A DNA stretch of 64,000 nucleotides from Azolla caroliniana (GCA_043228905.1 JBHGNT010000001.1:1426001-1490000); one strand, 5' to 3'; shown: positions 36,190 through 50,843, counted from the first letter of the stretch. Program-made: numbers and translations. Notes: generated by a model not told the origin, from the letters alone.

Positions 36190-36736
36190 CACCTCCAGTC
36201 AATATAGGAGCAACAAATGTTGTCAAGGTTGGGATGGTGGTCATCATGGCCAAAAGTTTGAAGTTGGTGTTGAATTCCCCTATTGTAATTGTGGCCTACT
36301 TATGATGTCCACTGCAATCCATTCTTATGTTCTTGATGTGGTCCTTGGACGAAGCATTCCACTTGTTGGTGGGCCCAACCTTAATCATCTAGATGTGTGT
36401 GTGTGAGCTTGTTATGATGATGTTGTCGAGTGGTTATCTGGAGAACATATGTGGTGCAAGTGACACCTAGAGTCAATATAGGAGTGACAAATGTTGTCAA
36501 GGTTGGGATGGTGGTCATCATGGCCAAAAGTTTGAAGTTGGTGTTGAATTCCCCTATTGTAATTGTGGCCTACTTATGTTGTCCATTGCAATCCATTCTT
36601 ATGTTCTTGATGTGGTCCTTGGACCAAGCATTCCACTTGTTGGTGGGACCAACCTTACTCATCTAGATGTGTGTGTGTGCTTGTTATGATGATGTTGTCA
36701 AGTGGTTATCTGGAGAACATATGTGGTGCAAGTGAC
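36190..36736. repeat. ~274-bp diverged tandem duplication
   Basis: agtcaatataggag...gtggtgcaagtgaca occurs twice with scattered substitutions. Confidence 0.9.
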
Positions 36737-37372
36737 AATAAAATTTGTTGTTGGTCCTTTACCCTCTCGAGGGCAATCCAAGTATAATGCACTATTTTGG
36801 CAGTAATCTTATGCTAATGGTAGAGGTTTGCATTAAATAGGAACTTGTGGCTATTATGGTCATAGTTGGACTCAATGTGGAACCTATTATTGTTCCAAGT
36901 AGAGGTCTTGGTAATGCCAAATGGTAACAATGCTCCCGTGTTCACATTCTCTTAAGTACCTGCCATCTTAGACACACGTTATGAAGACAACACCACCAAC
37001 AAGAAACAAGAGGCATCAAGCTCAACAAGACATTAGGAAAAGGGGGATAGAGTAAATACCAATATAAAGTTTTGTATCCAATGGGCACCCTAGTGTGAAA
37101 GGAATCCAACCCCTTTATAAAAAGCTATAAAAGTCACCATTTGGTGACTTTTGTAGCTCTTCTCAATTTTTGGGTTTTCTCATTTAACTGTGTGTTAAGA
37201 GCTTTTATGTCATCCACTTAATTTTTCATTTGAGTTAAGAGCAAATAAGGTTAAGAGCCAATTAAGCCAAAACCTAACCACTCACTCTTATATATGTGCT
37301 AAACTCTTTGTTCATAAGAAGTGGCATTATATTTACCTCGTTGTCTTCTTGTCTTTTCATTTATTTCAATTA

Positions 37373-37404
<32 letters not shown>

Positions 37405-39299
37405 AACACTAATAACTAGGGTTAGTTAGGCTAACAAACACTCTTGCCCCATTTGCGACCAATAACTAGGGTTAGTTAGGGGGGATGGTGGGGGGTTACG
37501 ATAGTCATAGCCATGAAGTTAGTTGTGGTTGGAAGCATCAATCAGCATTACGGCCAAGTCCACTAGATAAATATTTGCCATCACTTTGGCTAATAAGTTC
37601 TGCTCACATTATTTGAGATGCACACAATGTTTGGCACTTACAATCGATAGTCAAATGGTCGATGTCTAGGTAGACAACACCCTACAAAGCAAAAATAAAT
37701 GAAACTCATAAACCATTGTGAGGGCATTGCTAGGTTAGACCTAGTTCATGTCTAAGAATCAACCTTTGAAACCATTAAAAGCCACAAACAAAAAGTTAAC
37801 TATGCTAAGTATGGTGAAAAGTGGCTCCTACAGAGTTGCGATGAACTTTTGGAGTAACTATTAGAAACAGATGACGAACTATAGTAGCTTGTTGTAGGGT
37901 TCATTATAGGTTGCATAGAAAACTAAATTGGTTTCATTTGATGATAAATCCCTTACCTATTTTGTTGAACGTTTGAAAAAAGGTGGACAATGCTCATACA
38001 AGTTCACGATTAGGTCGTCAAGTGAGAGGTTGAATTTGACAACTTAAGACACGTCTATTTCCATGGGAATTAAATACTGGGAAGTTTGAATTTCCTTCAA
38101 GTCACAATGAAGATGATGAAATGTGCCTTCTTCATTGCAAATTTAGGGGTACGTCATGGTTTCTTCATTGGGATGCAATCACGAGGTTTGTGGGGCACAG
38201 GTAATTCTGGTAAACTTGGTAACCAACGGTAATAATGGTGAGGCCCATTAATTGTCTCTTTAGTATCTAGGATTGAGAGGTAAATTGATGACCTAATGGT
38301 CGACTAATGGCACACTATGTATGGACTTTAGGGGGGACATGTGAGCAGAGTAATTTTGCATTATGTATCATATTATCCATACAATACTTAGGATTTGTAA
38401 AACTTCCTAAAGTATTGCACAAGTTATTTTTAACCATCAAATATTGAATGGTGGTGTCATGAAGCATTTACTTCACGATATAAAAACAAATTCAAATATG
38501 ATGGCAAGCAACATTTGTTGTTGTTGGAACTTATGACCTCACATAACAAACATTGAGTGTAAACCATTAAGATACGTTTTCCATACATGGTGAAGCAAAT
38601 GAGCAACATGGTTGTCATGTTTCATAGTAGCACACACATGTGTGTCAAGTGGCGATCACACATCACATGGATTGCATGTCTCTCACATACATACATTCTT
38701 ATTCAAACACCTATTTAAGGTGAAGTTAGGGAAGCATATAACCATCACGGAAAATAGTTTCTTATCAATAATCAAGAGATCAAGCTAGCTCATTCATAAG
38801 GTTTGTCATGTCTCCCGATCGAAGTCAAGGGTTTGAGCTAGATTTTGGCAAAAATAAGGTGTCATCCTTACAGAGGAATATTATAAGTTTGGTAAATAGA
38901 ATCTTACATTCCCAATTTAATAAAGAATATTTTATCATATACTCTTCGCTTCTTGAATCATTATCTCCATCTCTTGTCTGCACTTATCTATCTCCCTTTT
39001 CGTTACAGACTCTCCTCATTTATAACCCTAACAATTCAACGCATTGATCACAAACTCTACCAAAAAGCATGTCTTAGTCTATCATGGCTATCATTTTACA
39101 CTTTGAATGAGGGATTTACAATAACTAACAATGAAATTGGCATATAATCGATGTGATCTTCAAGTTGGTTTTAGTGTGATTCCCGATTACGTTATGTCAT
39201 GTCAGAACACTGAACACATACAACAAAATAAAATGCCCATGACATGCACTTACCACTTAGCTTTTGATATCAAGCAATTTCAATATGATGTTATTAGTT

Positions 39300-39977
39300 T
39301 GTTTTTCTTTTTTTTAATGAAAGATGCACCTTAGTATATTACTTGAAAACTGTACATAGAGAAAACAGAAGCAGACATTTCATTTCACTTCTATTGTAAG
39401 ATACAAAAGCTAGTATAAGCATCTCATCAAACAAATGATGTCATATATAAAACAAGTAGAACAATACTATCAACTATGCAACATATAAGAAGGTATGGCA
39501 TAATTCCATTTCAGACCAACAATTGTATCCGAAAATAAGTGAAGTCCTTGCCATTAGTTCTTAAAGGCCACTTGTCTTTGCCACAAAACATCATCCAAAC
39601 CCTGCAAATCATCATATTGACCACGTAGTGTGTGGACAAATAACATCCATAATTCAATAAGCATAGTGTTGAGATGTATGTGCACATTGTTAAAATAGAA
39701 TCACATCTCGCTTTCCATATTATCCAAAGACCCAACGACGTAATAGTATGCCAAATAACCAGATTTTTAATTCTGAACCGTCGAATAAAATAAGGAAATG
39801 ATGTGAGAGAGAGGTGTCCATAAGAAAAGCAAAATACATGAGAAGCATACCTACTTTCATACCTCATAACCTTTCCATGAAGGACACCCCAAGAGAAAAT
39901 TGAACGAGAATAGTGTTGTCTTCGCAATAAAACAACTTACTCCAAAATTGCTTCATCCTAGGACATAACCAAAACAC
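39300..39977 (-). mobile_element. 5'-truncated LINE of the same family as 29600-35939, with 17-bp TSD
   Basis: Reverse complement resembles ~35260-35940 (HYSRSIFSWG, WHTITSLGLWIIWKARC, 3' UTR). T-rich tail at 39300-39315. ATATGATGTTATTAGTT occurs at 39283-39299 and 39978-39994. Confidence 0.92.
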
Positions 39978-41028
39978 ATATGATGTTATTAGTTATGTCA
40001 TCTTAACATGTTTTGCTTCTAGTTATAGATATCCACGGTCATTGCACACCACCACTTAACCATGCGCGCACACTTGTTCAATATGTTATATTACTAATGA
40101 CACACAAACACATTTTCACACGCATTTGTGATTGTGTGGTGAAGTCAAAACCACGAAAGAGAGTTATACGATGAACAATACACATTGTTGAAAATCATTG
40201 GACAATGACTAGAGAATCTCTCCCTAAAAAAGGATCACTATTATTATGTGCGTAGGGTCAAGATGTCACAAAACTCCTTGGCAATTTCTCTGTGGATGAA
40301 CTATAACAAAAACAAAGGAAACAAGGAAAATATGTGGTAGTAAATTAGGTTGAGAAAGTTGTGAGTGTCCATGATAGGTTTTCCAATGAAAGTGTTATTG
40401 TTTGATGTGCATGTTTTTGTTTGGTATCTTCATTCTAGACCTAGAAGTAGGATTGGCACTTCAATCACATGCATGGAAAAACATGTGTGCAAGTCTAAAG
40501 ACTAGACAAAATTTGGACGTGTGGTATGCATAATAATTTATGGAACCCAGAAGAGATATGCTATTAAAGCAGTAACTTACACAATCATAGATCTTTCTTG
40601 AGGCCCTCGGCATATCCACCAACAATCCGTTGTTCTTATAAAAGTCATATCATCTAATCTTCCCAAACCTTGTCGGATACATACACATATATGTATGTGT
40701 GTATGCACATAAAACCTAAAAAGACAAAAACAAAAGCATGGTTGGTCTTCATTTAGACACAGTAAACCCTACTCTTGATTCCAAAGCATAAGACCTTCTC
40801 AACCCGCCCACAAGCCTATGCCGACAATCATGACTTGATTTTGCAAGGTTTAGGGTTCCACCCTCGATCCTCTTATTCCACATTCCTCATTGAACATAGC
40901 GAGGATGATCACATCAAACTAGGAATGTGATCTCCAATTCACGCGCAGTCTTTTACAACTGAAATCATGAAAGAAGAATGCATGAACCTAGAGTTAAGTC
41001 TTAAGAGTTCAATCTTCTTGCTTAGTTC

Positions 41029-41061
41029 TCCTCCTCCTCCTCCTCCTCCTCCTCCTCCTGT

Positions 41062-41104
<43 letters not shown>

Positions 41105-41109
41105 GCTCC
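41029..41109. repeat. Compound (CCT)n/(GCTCCT)n low-complexity repeat
   Basis: Direct inspection. Confidence 0.9.
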
Positions 41110-44100
41110 ATGCCTAAGGAGTCCTTTGAGCAATCCCAACCATGGTAACTTGCAAGAGGGAAGGACACCCTGTAGTGAGAAGCAATCACGGGGTTATAAT
41201 CTCCTCAGCGCTCCACCTCATTGCAATCCTCCACAAAAGCATGACTTGCGAAATTAGGGTATGATTTTTACACCACAACTTCATAATCATTGTCATTATT
41301 ATGATCATCATCGACGTCAACAAGAACCAGTATGACATTGGCTTTTAGCTCTAGCCGAACATCGTTGGGAGTGTGTGTGGTGGATGGGAGGTGAAGTTGT
41401 GCCGTGTGGCCACAAAGACGGGGGAAGGTTGGGTTTTGCTACAACTCTAAATGGCTGGCTATGGGGGAAGCATCCTTGGAGGTAATCTCCTGTAGCAAAC
41501 ATTCTTGGGTTGGTAGGGATACAGTCAAGTGTTGGTCGGTGCGAGCAACATGTGGTGGGAGAAGAGGGGCAAGGGACGGTGCATATAGATAGTCGTCCTC
41601 TCGATCCTAGTATGCGTGCTTGGGTTGCAGGGGATGGTGACAATCACCATGGCAATCTACCCCAGCCTTTGGACATATTGATCATGACAATCATACTAAG
41701 ACCCGTTACTTCCACATTGTCTAATGAAATCTTTTGAGTACTACCTACCTTGTAGTGTGGAACCATGGGTGAACATGTTGCCTAAGGGCAAAGGCTATGA
41801 CAAATGGGTATAAGGAGGTTGGTGTTGCCAAAGCATGTAAGAGATTATGGTCCCTCAAACGGCATGGAGGTATAAGTTGGCGTTGAACAATAGGCACGCC
41901 TCTTGTGGGGGTGGGTGCTTGATGATGGACTGGCTCAACGTCGACATGTTGTGTCATGGCAATTATCATGTGAGCATGTTTTCCTTGTAATGGTTCATAG
42001 TCTTGGGGTTGGGAGTTACAAATCGCACATTGGAGCCACTATGTGTAGTCCATGGACAAGTGCGCAATTGTTTTGAGTCATACAATGCATTGCACAACTT
42101 GGCTAAGTCGTAGTTCTTCAATCGAAGTAGGTTTTGGGTGAGATCGTGCATGTTGAAGGAGCTTTGTCCAAGATCCTTTCTATCATGGTGAAATATATCA
42201 GACCCACATAGTTACAAAGAACTTTGATCATTGTTGCCTTCAGGATTTCTTTCAAATCCGTTTTTGAAGCCATGTCCGATGGTGGAACAATAGCTACTCA
42301 AATTGGATGAGGAACTAGGGTAGCAAATTGTAGGGGACGGAATTGTGAATCTCAATGTATGGATAGCTTCCTATCAAAGAAGCATTTGAAGTCAACAGAA
42401 TGTGCATCGAAGATGGTAAAACTAGTGACAAATACTTGATTGTACCTATATGCAAATCAAATATCTAAGGAGAGTCTAAACTCCATGTTATTTGAAAGGT
42501 TGTTGTTGATAATGTTAAGGTAAGTTGGCATGGTTGGGGCTCCATAAAAGATGAAAATCACCTCATGCTATTTCAAATGTCTAAGGAGAGTCTAAACTCC
42601 ATGTTATTTGAAAGGTTGTTGTTCGCATGGTTGGGGCTCCATAAAAGATGAAAATCACCACATGCTATTTCACACTAGTTCCTTCACAAAAACTTTTGAT
42701 ATGGATACAAAGTATTTATGCCGAAAAACTAAGGTGACATTGAAGTGGACGATGGGGTGTGTGAAAGGTAGCATTGGGCTATAGGTGACCGTTTGATTGT
42801 TGATGGATCTTTCTGGCACAACAAGAGTTGAAGTCTTGTTAGGGGTGAGCCGATTCTAGCTTCGTTCTCCTCATTGTCTAATAGGATACATTTTTCGTCT
42901 TCAAATTCCAAAGTTGAGTTGTGAAAGTTATTGGACACAAAATGTAACTAGGTGAGGACCTCCCATTCACACACATTGGATAACCACTCAAAACCTTCTA
43001 GGAACTTGTAGGTGATGTGGGAGTTGGCTAACATACTCGCATGACCTTGTTTGTAGAGAAAAGCCCATGTAACTAGTCGATTGGTGGATGCCATCTTACA
43101 ATTTTCTTCAAATATGCCTTGCCATTTGTTGCCAATTGTTGAGGAGCTTCTTCATTTTCCCCAAGTGTTGAAGACTCTTTTCTAATGTCATTTCGGGTTT
43201 TGATGAGGTATGTTGATCCGCCCTACTAATGAGTATTACAATCCTTGTATCCTAAAGAAGAAGACTAAGAGACACAACCTCATTAGGATACTCAGGGTTT
43301 AGTTGAGTGTTTATTACCCAGGGGTGTTCCTACTCTTTTTGTTGTCCGACAAGATGGCACAACACTCTAAGAAATGCTCTACCTTGAATGCCTCTCTATT
43401 CACTTCCAATTCAACATCTTTTGCACAAAATGTATGAATTAGGGAATAGAATACAATAAATGTTTTATCATTTGTAACTTCATGGTTCCAATTTTGACCT
43501 ATGGAACCAAATCAACATATCATCTTATATGTGACCCCATCCTAAGAAGGGGGATCACTACTCTATATTAACTACTCTATATTAAGAACTCTCTATGTGA
43601 AAATAATGTGTGCATATATGTGCTTACTACACTTAACAAGTCATATGGTATTGGTGGCCATTTGAATACAACACTTACATTATCATGCCCATCCAACAAG
43701 TCATAGTTAATCTCGCAAATTACCTTATACACTAAGAATTTGATAAATAAGTAATATGCATCCTCCTTTGGTGGGACGTCATACCAACACTCCCAATCAT
43801 ACCAAAATTATCTTAGTTAAGTCAATTTATTCTTCCTATTATTTTACATTATTGCCTCTCAAACTAGTTTATACTCATTAGATGGTGATGAGATATCAAG
43901 CTAAACTAGGTTTAGTTATTTTGTCAATTATGTAACTACTAAGTTACATAAACAAAATCTAGTTAATATGTCGACCTTAAAGCCTTAAATAAGACTTTGT
44001 ACTTAAGTAAGATACATTCTACATCCTCCACTCCCAAGTTCATTAAATATAGGACTTATGTAGATCTTTGTACCTATATACTCTTCACACATGTGCACCC

Positions 44101-47100
44101 TTGCACATGAGATGTATATATACCTCGTTGTGGGTAATTTTGGTAACTTGATGTAACAATAGCAAATAACAATGGGCTTAGTGGACATCCTTGCCGCACG
44201 GATCTAGTAAGAAACACTTTCGGAGTAATTCCGCCATTAAGCATCACACGCGAGGTTACATTTTGCTAGAGAAAGGTCTTCAACCTACACTCTTGTTAAT
44301 CATCCCCCATTTGCTTTATTGTTCACAAAATATATTTTCTTTCTATCTCTCATTTTAACTTCCTTACTCTCTCACACACACATATTACATAGTCTTCCAT
44401 TGCTTAATCACATACGTGATTAACTCACACAACTAGATAGTATTTAACCCGTAATTAATTACCTAATTATTAACGGATGGCCAACATGTTTGACATATCA
44501 TAAGCATTGTACAATATAAATTGAGCATGGCATTCTCTCATATTTAAGTTATACCATAATTATTATAGTGACGATTGTTAACACATATCTTGTGTACTAT
44601 ATGGTCTTTAATTTCAAAAAAGAGAGTATAGAAATCCTTAGGGTTTTTTGAAAATGGTTATAACTTATAACATATTCTTAGCAATTTCATCTAGTCAAAA
44701 CTTCTCAATGTTCTCATTACAAAAATAAATGCTCTATTAAAAAATGGGCATTCTTTCGGTAAGGAATTAAGGAGGTGATTGGGGTCACAATTCCATGTGG
44801 AATTTCTACACTTCTAGTATCCAAGCATTCTTTAAAATTGTGGTACATGAAATCTCTATTTCTTATTTATATAGCAACTTCATAAAAACTTTGCTGAATT
44901 GATTGCAAAAAGAGGATTTTTCAACGATGCTTGTGTCAATTTCTTATCCAACATTGATGAGTTGTGCATATATGAAAGATTTTGATATATTGTGAATGCA
45001 TTAATTCATTCACCTAGGTTGTTTCAACATGTGCTATTTTATATAAAAGAAATTTCTTTTCCACACAACATGCATGACTTTTCTCTTATTTTAATGTTAG
45101 ATTCAATTCCAATTAGTAATTAATAGAATTCTATTTTCCATTTGTAGATGGCCCTTGCAAGTTGTTGAAACAAATCATGTGCATGTCAATAAATATTATC
45201 TATATTTTGATGTTTTGGAATGTTCAATCTATATCTTTGAACCAATCACCGATAGTAAAAGTAGGCAATGGCGCCTCTATTTTTTGTGCTATTGTGAGGT
45301 AGTTCAGTGGTTAGTAATTAACTATATCGAAGATATAAGAAGAAAGTTGGAAGTTGTTCGAAAGAGCTTCGGAACTACCAAATTTGTGTAAATTAAATCC
45401 CAAAATTTGAATGATGTGTAAAGGATATAGCTATATATAGGTGCAATAGGTACCGTCAACATCACTACTTTCTACACCATCATTGGATGTTGCTTTAAAT
45501 TCATTTCGATGCTATGAGCATTGTTAAGACAAACCAATGTCAATTAGTTATCAAGCATTCATAGAGTGCAACCTTCTCTTGATCGTGTGTGTGTGTGTTG
45601 TGCATACATTTTATTTTTGTTTGATTTCTCTAAGCTCTGACAAAAGCATTCGAAATGAAGAATGGCTAGCATAAAACATACATCCACATTTTACGCTAGT
45701 TACGCTCCAATTTGACAAAACATTTCGGATAAATTGCAAATTGAAATATTGACTTTTATGTGGATCCCTTTGGAAAGATTTGGAATCTTATATATTGGTG
45801 TGATGTGTCTTATTCTCTATGAATACATCAGAAGTCGATATCCTTGTATTGGTTGATGATTATACAACTTCACCACAAGCAATCATCCTTTAGAAATTGA
45901 ACCGGCCAAATTATATATTTTCTAGGTGTGTAATGTATATTACATGTGTGCACTTGAAAACTTGTTTGCCTTGTGAACTCGAGCAATTGTACATGGTCAA
46001 GTAATTGCACCATTTAACACATTTATAAAGGATCCTTTTGTGGTCTATGATCCTTATCAAAGCAGTTATGGTTTCGTTCTCGACACTTTACAAAAGGAAT
46101 ATTGGTTGCCTACATCAAGGAATTCACATGATTAATTAAAAGTGTATTTCTCTTGAAGAGCTTTCCGAGGAGGAGATTGAGTCGCCTACATCAAGGAATT
46201 CCAAATTAGTTTAAAACAAATGATAGCTCTTATCACGAAACATTAAATAAGATTCCTTTCACTTGTTGAGTATGTAGTCTTTCGAGGAGTATGTTGCTCG
46301 TTGATCTTCATTTCCTTGACACTAGGGAAGACCTTTTTGGTTTGATAACGTGATTGTGTCAACATATCATTATAAGAAAAGGGACACGAGATATAATATA
46401 GGAAAGTGATCAAATTTGTTATAGAAAGGGAGGGAGAGAACGATTATTTACTAAACAATTGAAAATCCATGGATCATTCATTTATTGGAAGGGTTTGGGA
46501 TATATATACCTTTAAAAATAAAAAATTCAGAGGCATTGGGAATTGGGAGGGGGATGAGAGAGACATTAGAATGAGAGAGAAGGAGAAACCTAAGTTTAAA
46601 TGAGATAGATTTTTAGTAAATTAGTACCATCCCATATGAGGTCATTGTAACAATAGAACCAAAAGTGAAACATTTCTGGATAGTATATGTGGAGGTAGTA
46701 ATGACACTCAAATGTTCAAGAATTTGACTAATTAAAATTTAACATTGAAATAGAGAGTGTAGATTGTGATTGGATGTGTGTAAGGATTGGACAGATTGAC
46801 AATGTCTGCTTGGACAATGAAACTGAAGGTGATCAAAGGTGAAGTATTTGATAAAAATGTGATACTCAGACTCAGACTCGCAAGCTTGTGGAGGACAAAA
46901 TTACAAAACATATCACGACTTTAGTAGAGAGACCCACAAACTCATTAGGGACAATATATGGAAACCCTTACGCTCTAGGAGAGAGAGAGAGAGATCTTAG
47001 CATCATTCTTAAAGGTCGAGCGAGTAGTTTATGAAAATCAGGATTTGAACCCAAGGCCTGGCATTGACAGATTAATAGTGTAGCGTGAAGTACATGTCGT

Positions 47101-47199
47101 TCAAAGTAAAAATAATAACCAAAGAACAAGAGAGAGAGAGAGAGAGAGAACAATTGAACTAAGAGAGAAAATTAATAAATAAATATATTGGTATATAAT

Positions 47200-47511
47200 G
47201 TTAATGGATGTTAACATTCTTTACTCTTTTCAGTGGGACAAAGGGGGGGGGAGTACCTTTGTCCATTGATGTGTGTGCTGTGGTGTGGTGGTGATCACTG
47301 GATGAGTTAGGGAGGGACCGACGTGTGAAAAGGGAGTAAAGCAAAAAGGGCTCTGGAAAATCTAACGTCGATGCATGCATGCATGCATGCATAGATGGAT
47401 GATGAATAATACTCCTACTACTGTCTGTCTACATATATAATAAAGAGCCAGGGAGAGTGAGAGTGAGAGACAGACACACAGATTAGAGCAGGGAGTATGT
47501 GATGCGCAGCT

Positions 47512-47555
<44 letters not shown>

Positions 47556-47827
47556 GAAAAAGAAAGAAAAAAGGAGGTCCACGTTAGTGCTTCTATATTT
47601 ATGTATGTGTGTGTGCGTGTAAGTATGTATATATATGTATTATGTATCTATGTTTTGGTGGGGTAGAGTGCCCTATAAATTTCAACCTATTGATAGCGAT
47701 GACATGTGTGTGTGTGTGTGTGTGTGTGTGGGTGTGGGTTGAAGTTGAAGTTGAAAAAGGAGAAAACAGAACCTGCAAAAAGCTGCCGCTCTCCCTATCT
47801 CTGCTTTCTCCTTTTATGTGGAGCCTG

Positions 47828-47874
<47 letters not shown>

Positions 47875-48098
47875 CTCACTTACTCATTCACACTGACTTG
47901 ACCGGACAGAATCCATATTTGTATCATCCATTCCATTCCACACTATCTATGCAAGCCTTGCTGATGCTGACCCTCATACTCATGCTCATGCTCATGTTCT
48001 CATGCTCATTATGATGATGATGCTCATGATGATGATGATGGCCTCACGTTCCCCTTTTTCGTAACGGGTAGGTAGCTCTTTTTGCATGCATGCAGTCG

Positions 48099-48181
<83 letters not shown>

Positions 48182-48300
48182 GTATATAATATGTATCTAT
48201 GTATGTTATGTATATATAGCATATAGGCTTCCACTAGATTAAAAAAAAAAGCAAACTGTGGAGCCACTAGATTGATTCCACACGGCTCTCCAACCCACCC
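47200..48300 (+). promoter_or_regulatory. Promoter-like non-coding island (CATG/RY run, TATA-like box, GA/GT/CT/TA microsatellites)
   Basis: (CATG)n at ~47371-47391, TATATAATAAA at ~47433, followed by (GA)n, (TG)n, (CT)n and (CT)n(AT)n. No credible CDS. Confidence 0.35.
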
Positions 48301-48922
48301 TACCCTACCTTTTCACACCAAGGAAATGAGGAATTCTCTTAGAATGTTTCGAGCCATCCGTTCCCTCGCTCGCTCGGTAATTGAAACATTCATTTAAAGC
48401 TTTTTAAAGTCTTTTGCTCCACGTCCACCACAATGCATGATGTGGCATTGATGCTCGGGAAACATTTTGTTTATAATGAACCGGCTGAGTTATGTGATCA
48501 TACATGAAATGATAGAGAAAATACCACCAATGTTGTGGCAATATAGTACCAAAGTTGCAACTTGCATGTATATGCATGTATGTATGTATATAAGATGTTG
48601 TACCGTTTATAAGAAGTATTGAGAAACCCCAACTTCAAGAAAAATATCGAAGTGTTTTTGTGAATCATGAGAGCATATATTTACCTAAATTGTGTTAATC
48701 ATGCTAGATTTGTCCACTTCCCTTTGGTCATCATGAGTTAAGTAGAATTAAGTTACGTTGTTTAAGTAGAATGAATGTTAGAACCTTTCCTTTAGTGGAT
48801 GTGAGTAGGATATATTTTCCAATGTTCAAATCTCACAAATTATAACAAAAACAAAGGGAATGTAGAGGTTGAATGCCCATGGCCTTCTAGACTGTGTCAA
48901 ACAACCTTACTTGCATAGGTAC

Positions 48923-48994
<72 letters not shown>

Positions 48995-50843
48995 TCATAT
49001 TTGACCTCCGAAGACAATAATAGAATCTGTCTATCTATCTCTCCCCTTATATTTCCTTGCATTAGGGCCTCTAGCAACAAGCACAGTACAATTAAATCTT
49101 TTGTGTGTTAACAAATATTAAATGTATGCGAAATAGGTGGCTTGTGAACCCACACTAGCAAGTTATAAAAATGCAGCCTATCAAATAAGGTAGGACACGT
49201 CCCCACTAACATAGAGATTGGGAGGAATGACAAAGAGAATCTCTCATATGAAAGAGGATAACGATAGGAGTTACTCTTCTCAATATACGTCCAAAAAACA
49301 AGTTTTACCACCTTTAGCAAGAGAAATTGACGGAAGAAGTGAACCGAGCTAGTGAAGAATCTTGTCAAATGTCATCCCTCTTATAATGGAATTTTGTATT
49401 CAATCTATTTACATTAATTTTTGGTCACCATAGCCACTAGGATGCTAAAAGTTATGGGTCACTTTTTTGTCTTAGAAATTCATGAGATTGTCTCCATGAC
49501 ATCGTGGCTTTGTAGAATCGATTGCTAAGAGTTTCTACAATGAAATGCGCATTTACATGTCGAGGGATCATCAATGAGTGTATGTAGTTTTAGAATCTTC
49601 ATGAAAACTATAGAAGCAATGTGTACTTTTTCTTTTACCATGGTCAAACACAAAAATGTACCCAAGAAGGGATGCATTACTCCCCTTTTACCTTAATGTA
49701 CTTGCAATTTAAGAGGGAAACTTTTTCTTTTTTTGATAGAGACGTAAGCTTTAATAGAGCGAAAGTGTGATCTCTTTTACTAGATGCGAAAAAACTTTTT
49801 TCATAATAGGTATGGACCTTCCTTGTCATTTCATCATCTAATGTCTCGGCATGACTATATCCATACAATTAAACCACGAGAATTGAATGCACAACTAGAC
49901 GAATGAGGCCATTTGCAAGCCTAGACTTGCAAATAACTAATGGGTGTGCTTTATCAACGTTGAAACAATAATTTTCTCTTTGGCATTAAATTTATGGATG
50001 ATATGTGGCATGGGGCATTGTATATTCCTCCCATGTACATATACTTACACATCACCTTACGAAACATTTCCGTTTTGAGATGCTCATTATTCTACCGGAG
50101 GAAGCACTAAAATCGAGAAACAATGCGATATCAGGGGACCCATCTCATAAATGTGCTTATGCAAGTTAGCCACTTAATTACTTGTATATGGCCAATGTGT
50201 CGAAAGTTGGAGATGAGTGAGTTATGTTTTATGTTGCATCAAGAAACTATTTTGTTTTGCTCCATCGCATATGCTCGTTACATGTTGAGTTTTTCATGAC
50301 ATTTGCTTTCTAACATATGCCAATATTAATCTTGTTAGTTAACAAGATAGAATTGTTTGAAGACCAAAAGTACGACAGAAATAAGATAGTGTGAGCTTTG
50401 ATTATGGAATATAGTGAATATTCACAAAAAGACAAAGTGATCTTCACTTTTAAGCAAAATCTTTATGTTAGAAGGGTCCTCGTGTGACATTAGGGATCCA
50501 TCAACCAATTCATGAAACAGTATTTAAACATTGATTTGCCACAAAAGCTCTCATTTAATAAAACTTGTATTAATGGATTGTGGTCCGAATCTATATACCA
50601 TGAAGCTTTTGAGAAAATGTATGATTCCTTCGTGTACGTGCAAATGGATTAAACATGTTACAAGGTAGCTATAAGATGCTTTATATGAATTGGTCAATAT
50701 TTAGAGTTGTGGGGTTTGGTTATGTTACTTGGTTTTATACATGAATATGTGCATACACATAATGTTGTGAGTTAAATATTAGATATGTATATTCTCCTCG
50801 AGGATTAAATTAAACCAAACAATTAACAAAGTTGAGAAATTGA

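Noticed and set aside
40967-41257. Pro/Ala-rich 96-aa ORF (extensin/AGP-like)
   Set aside because: Driven by a simple repeat, with no signal peptide or gene structure.
47949-48014. Signal-peptide-like MQALLMLTLILMLMLMFSCSL
   Set aside because: Generated by a CTCATG repeat, and it stops immediately with no mature peptide.
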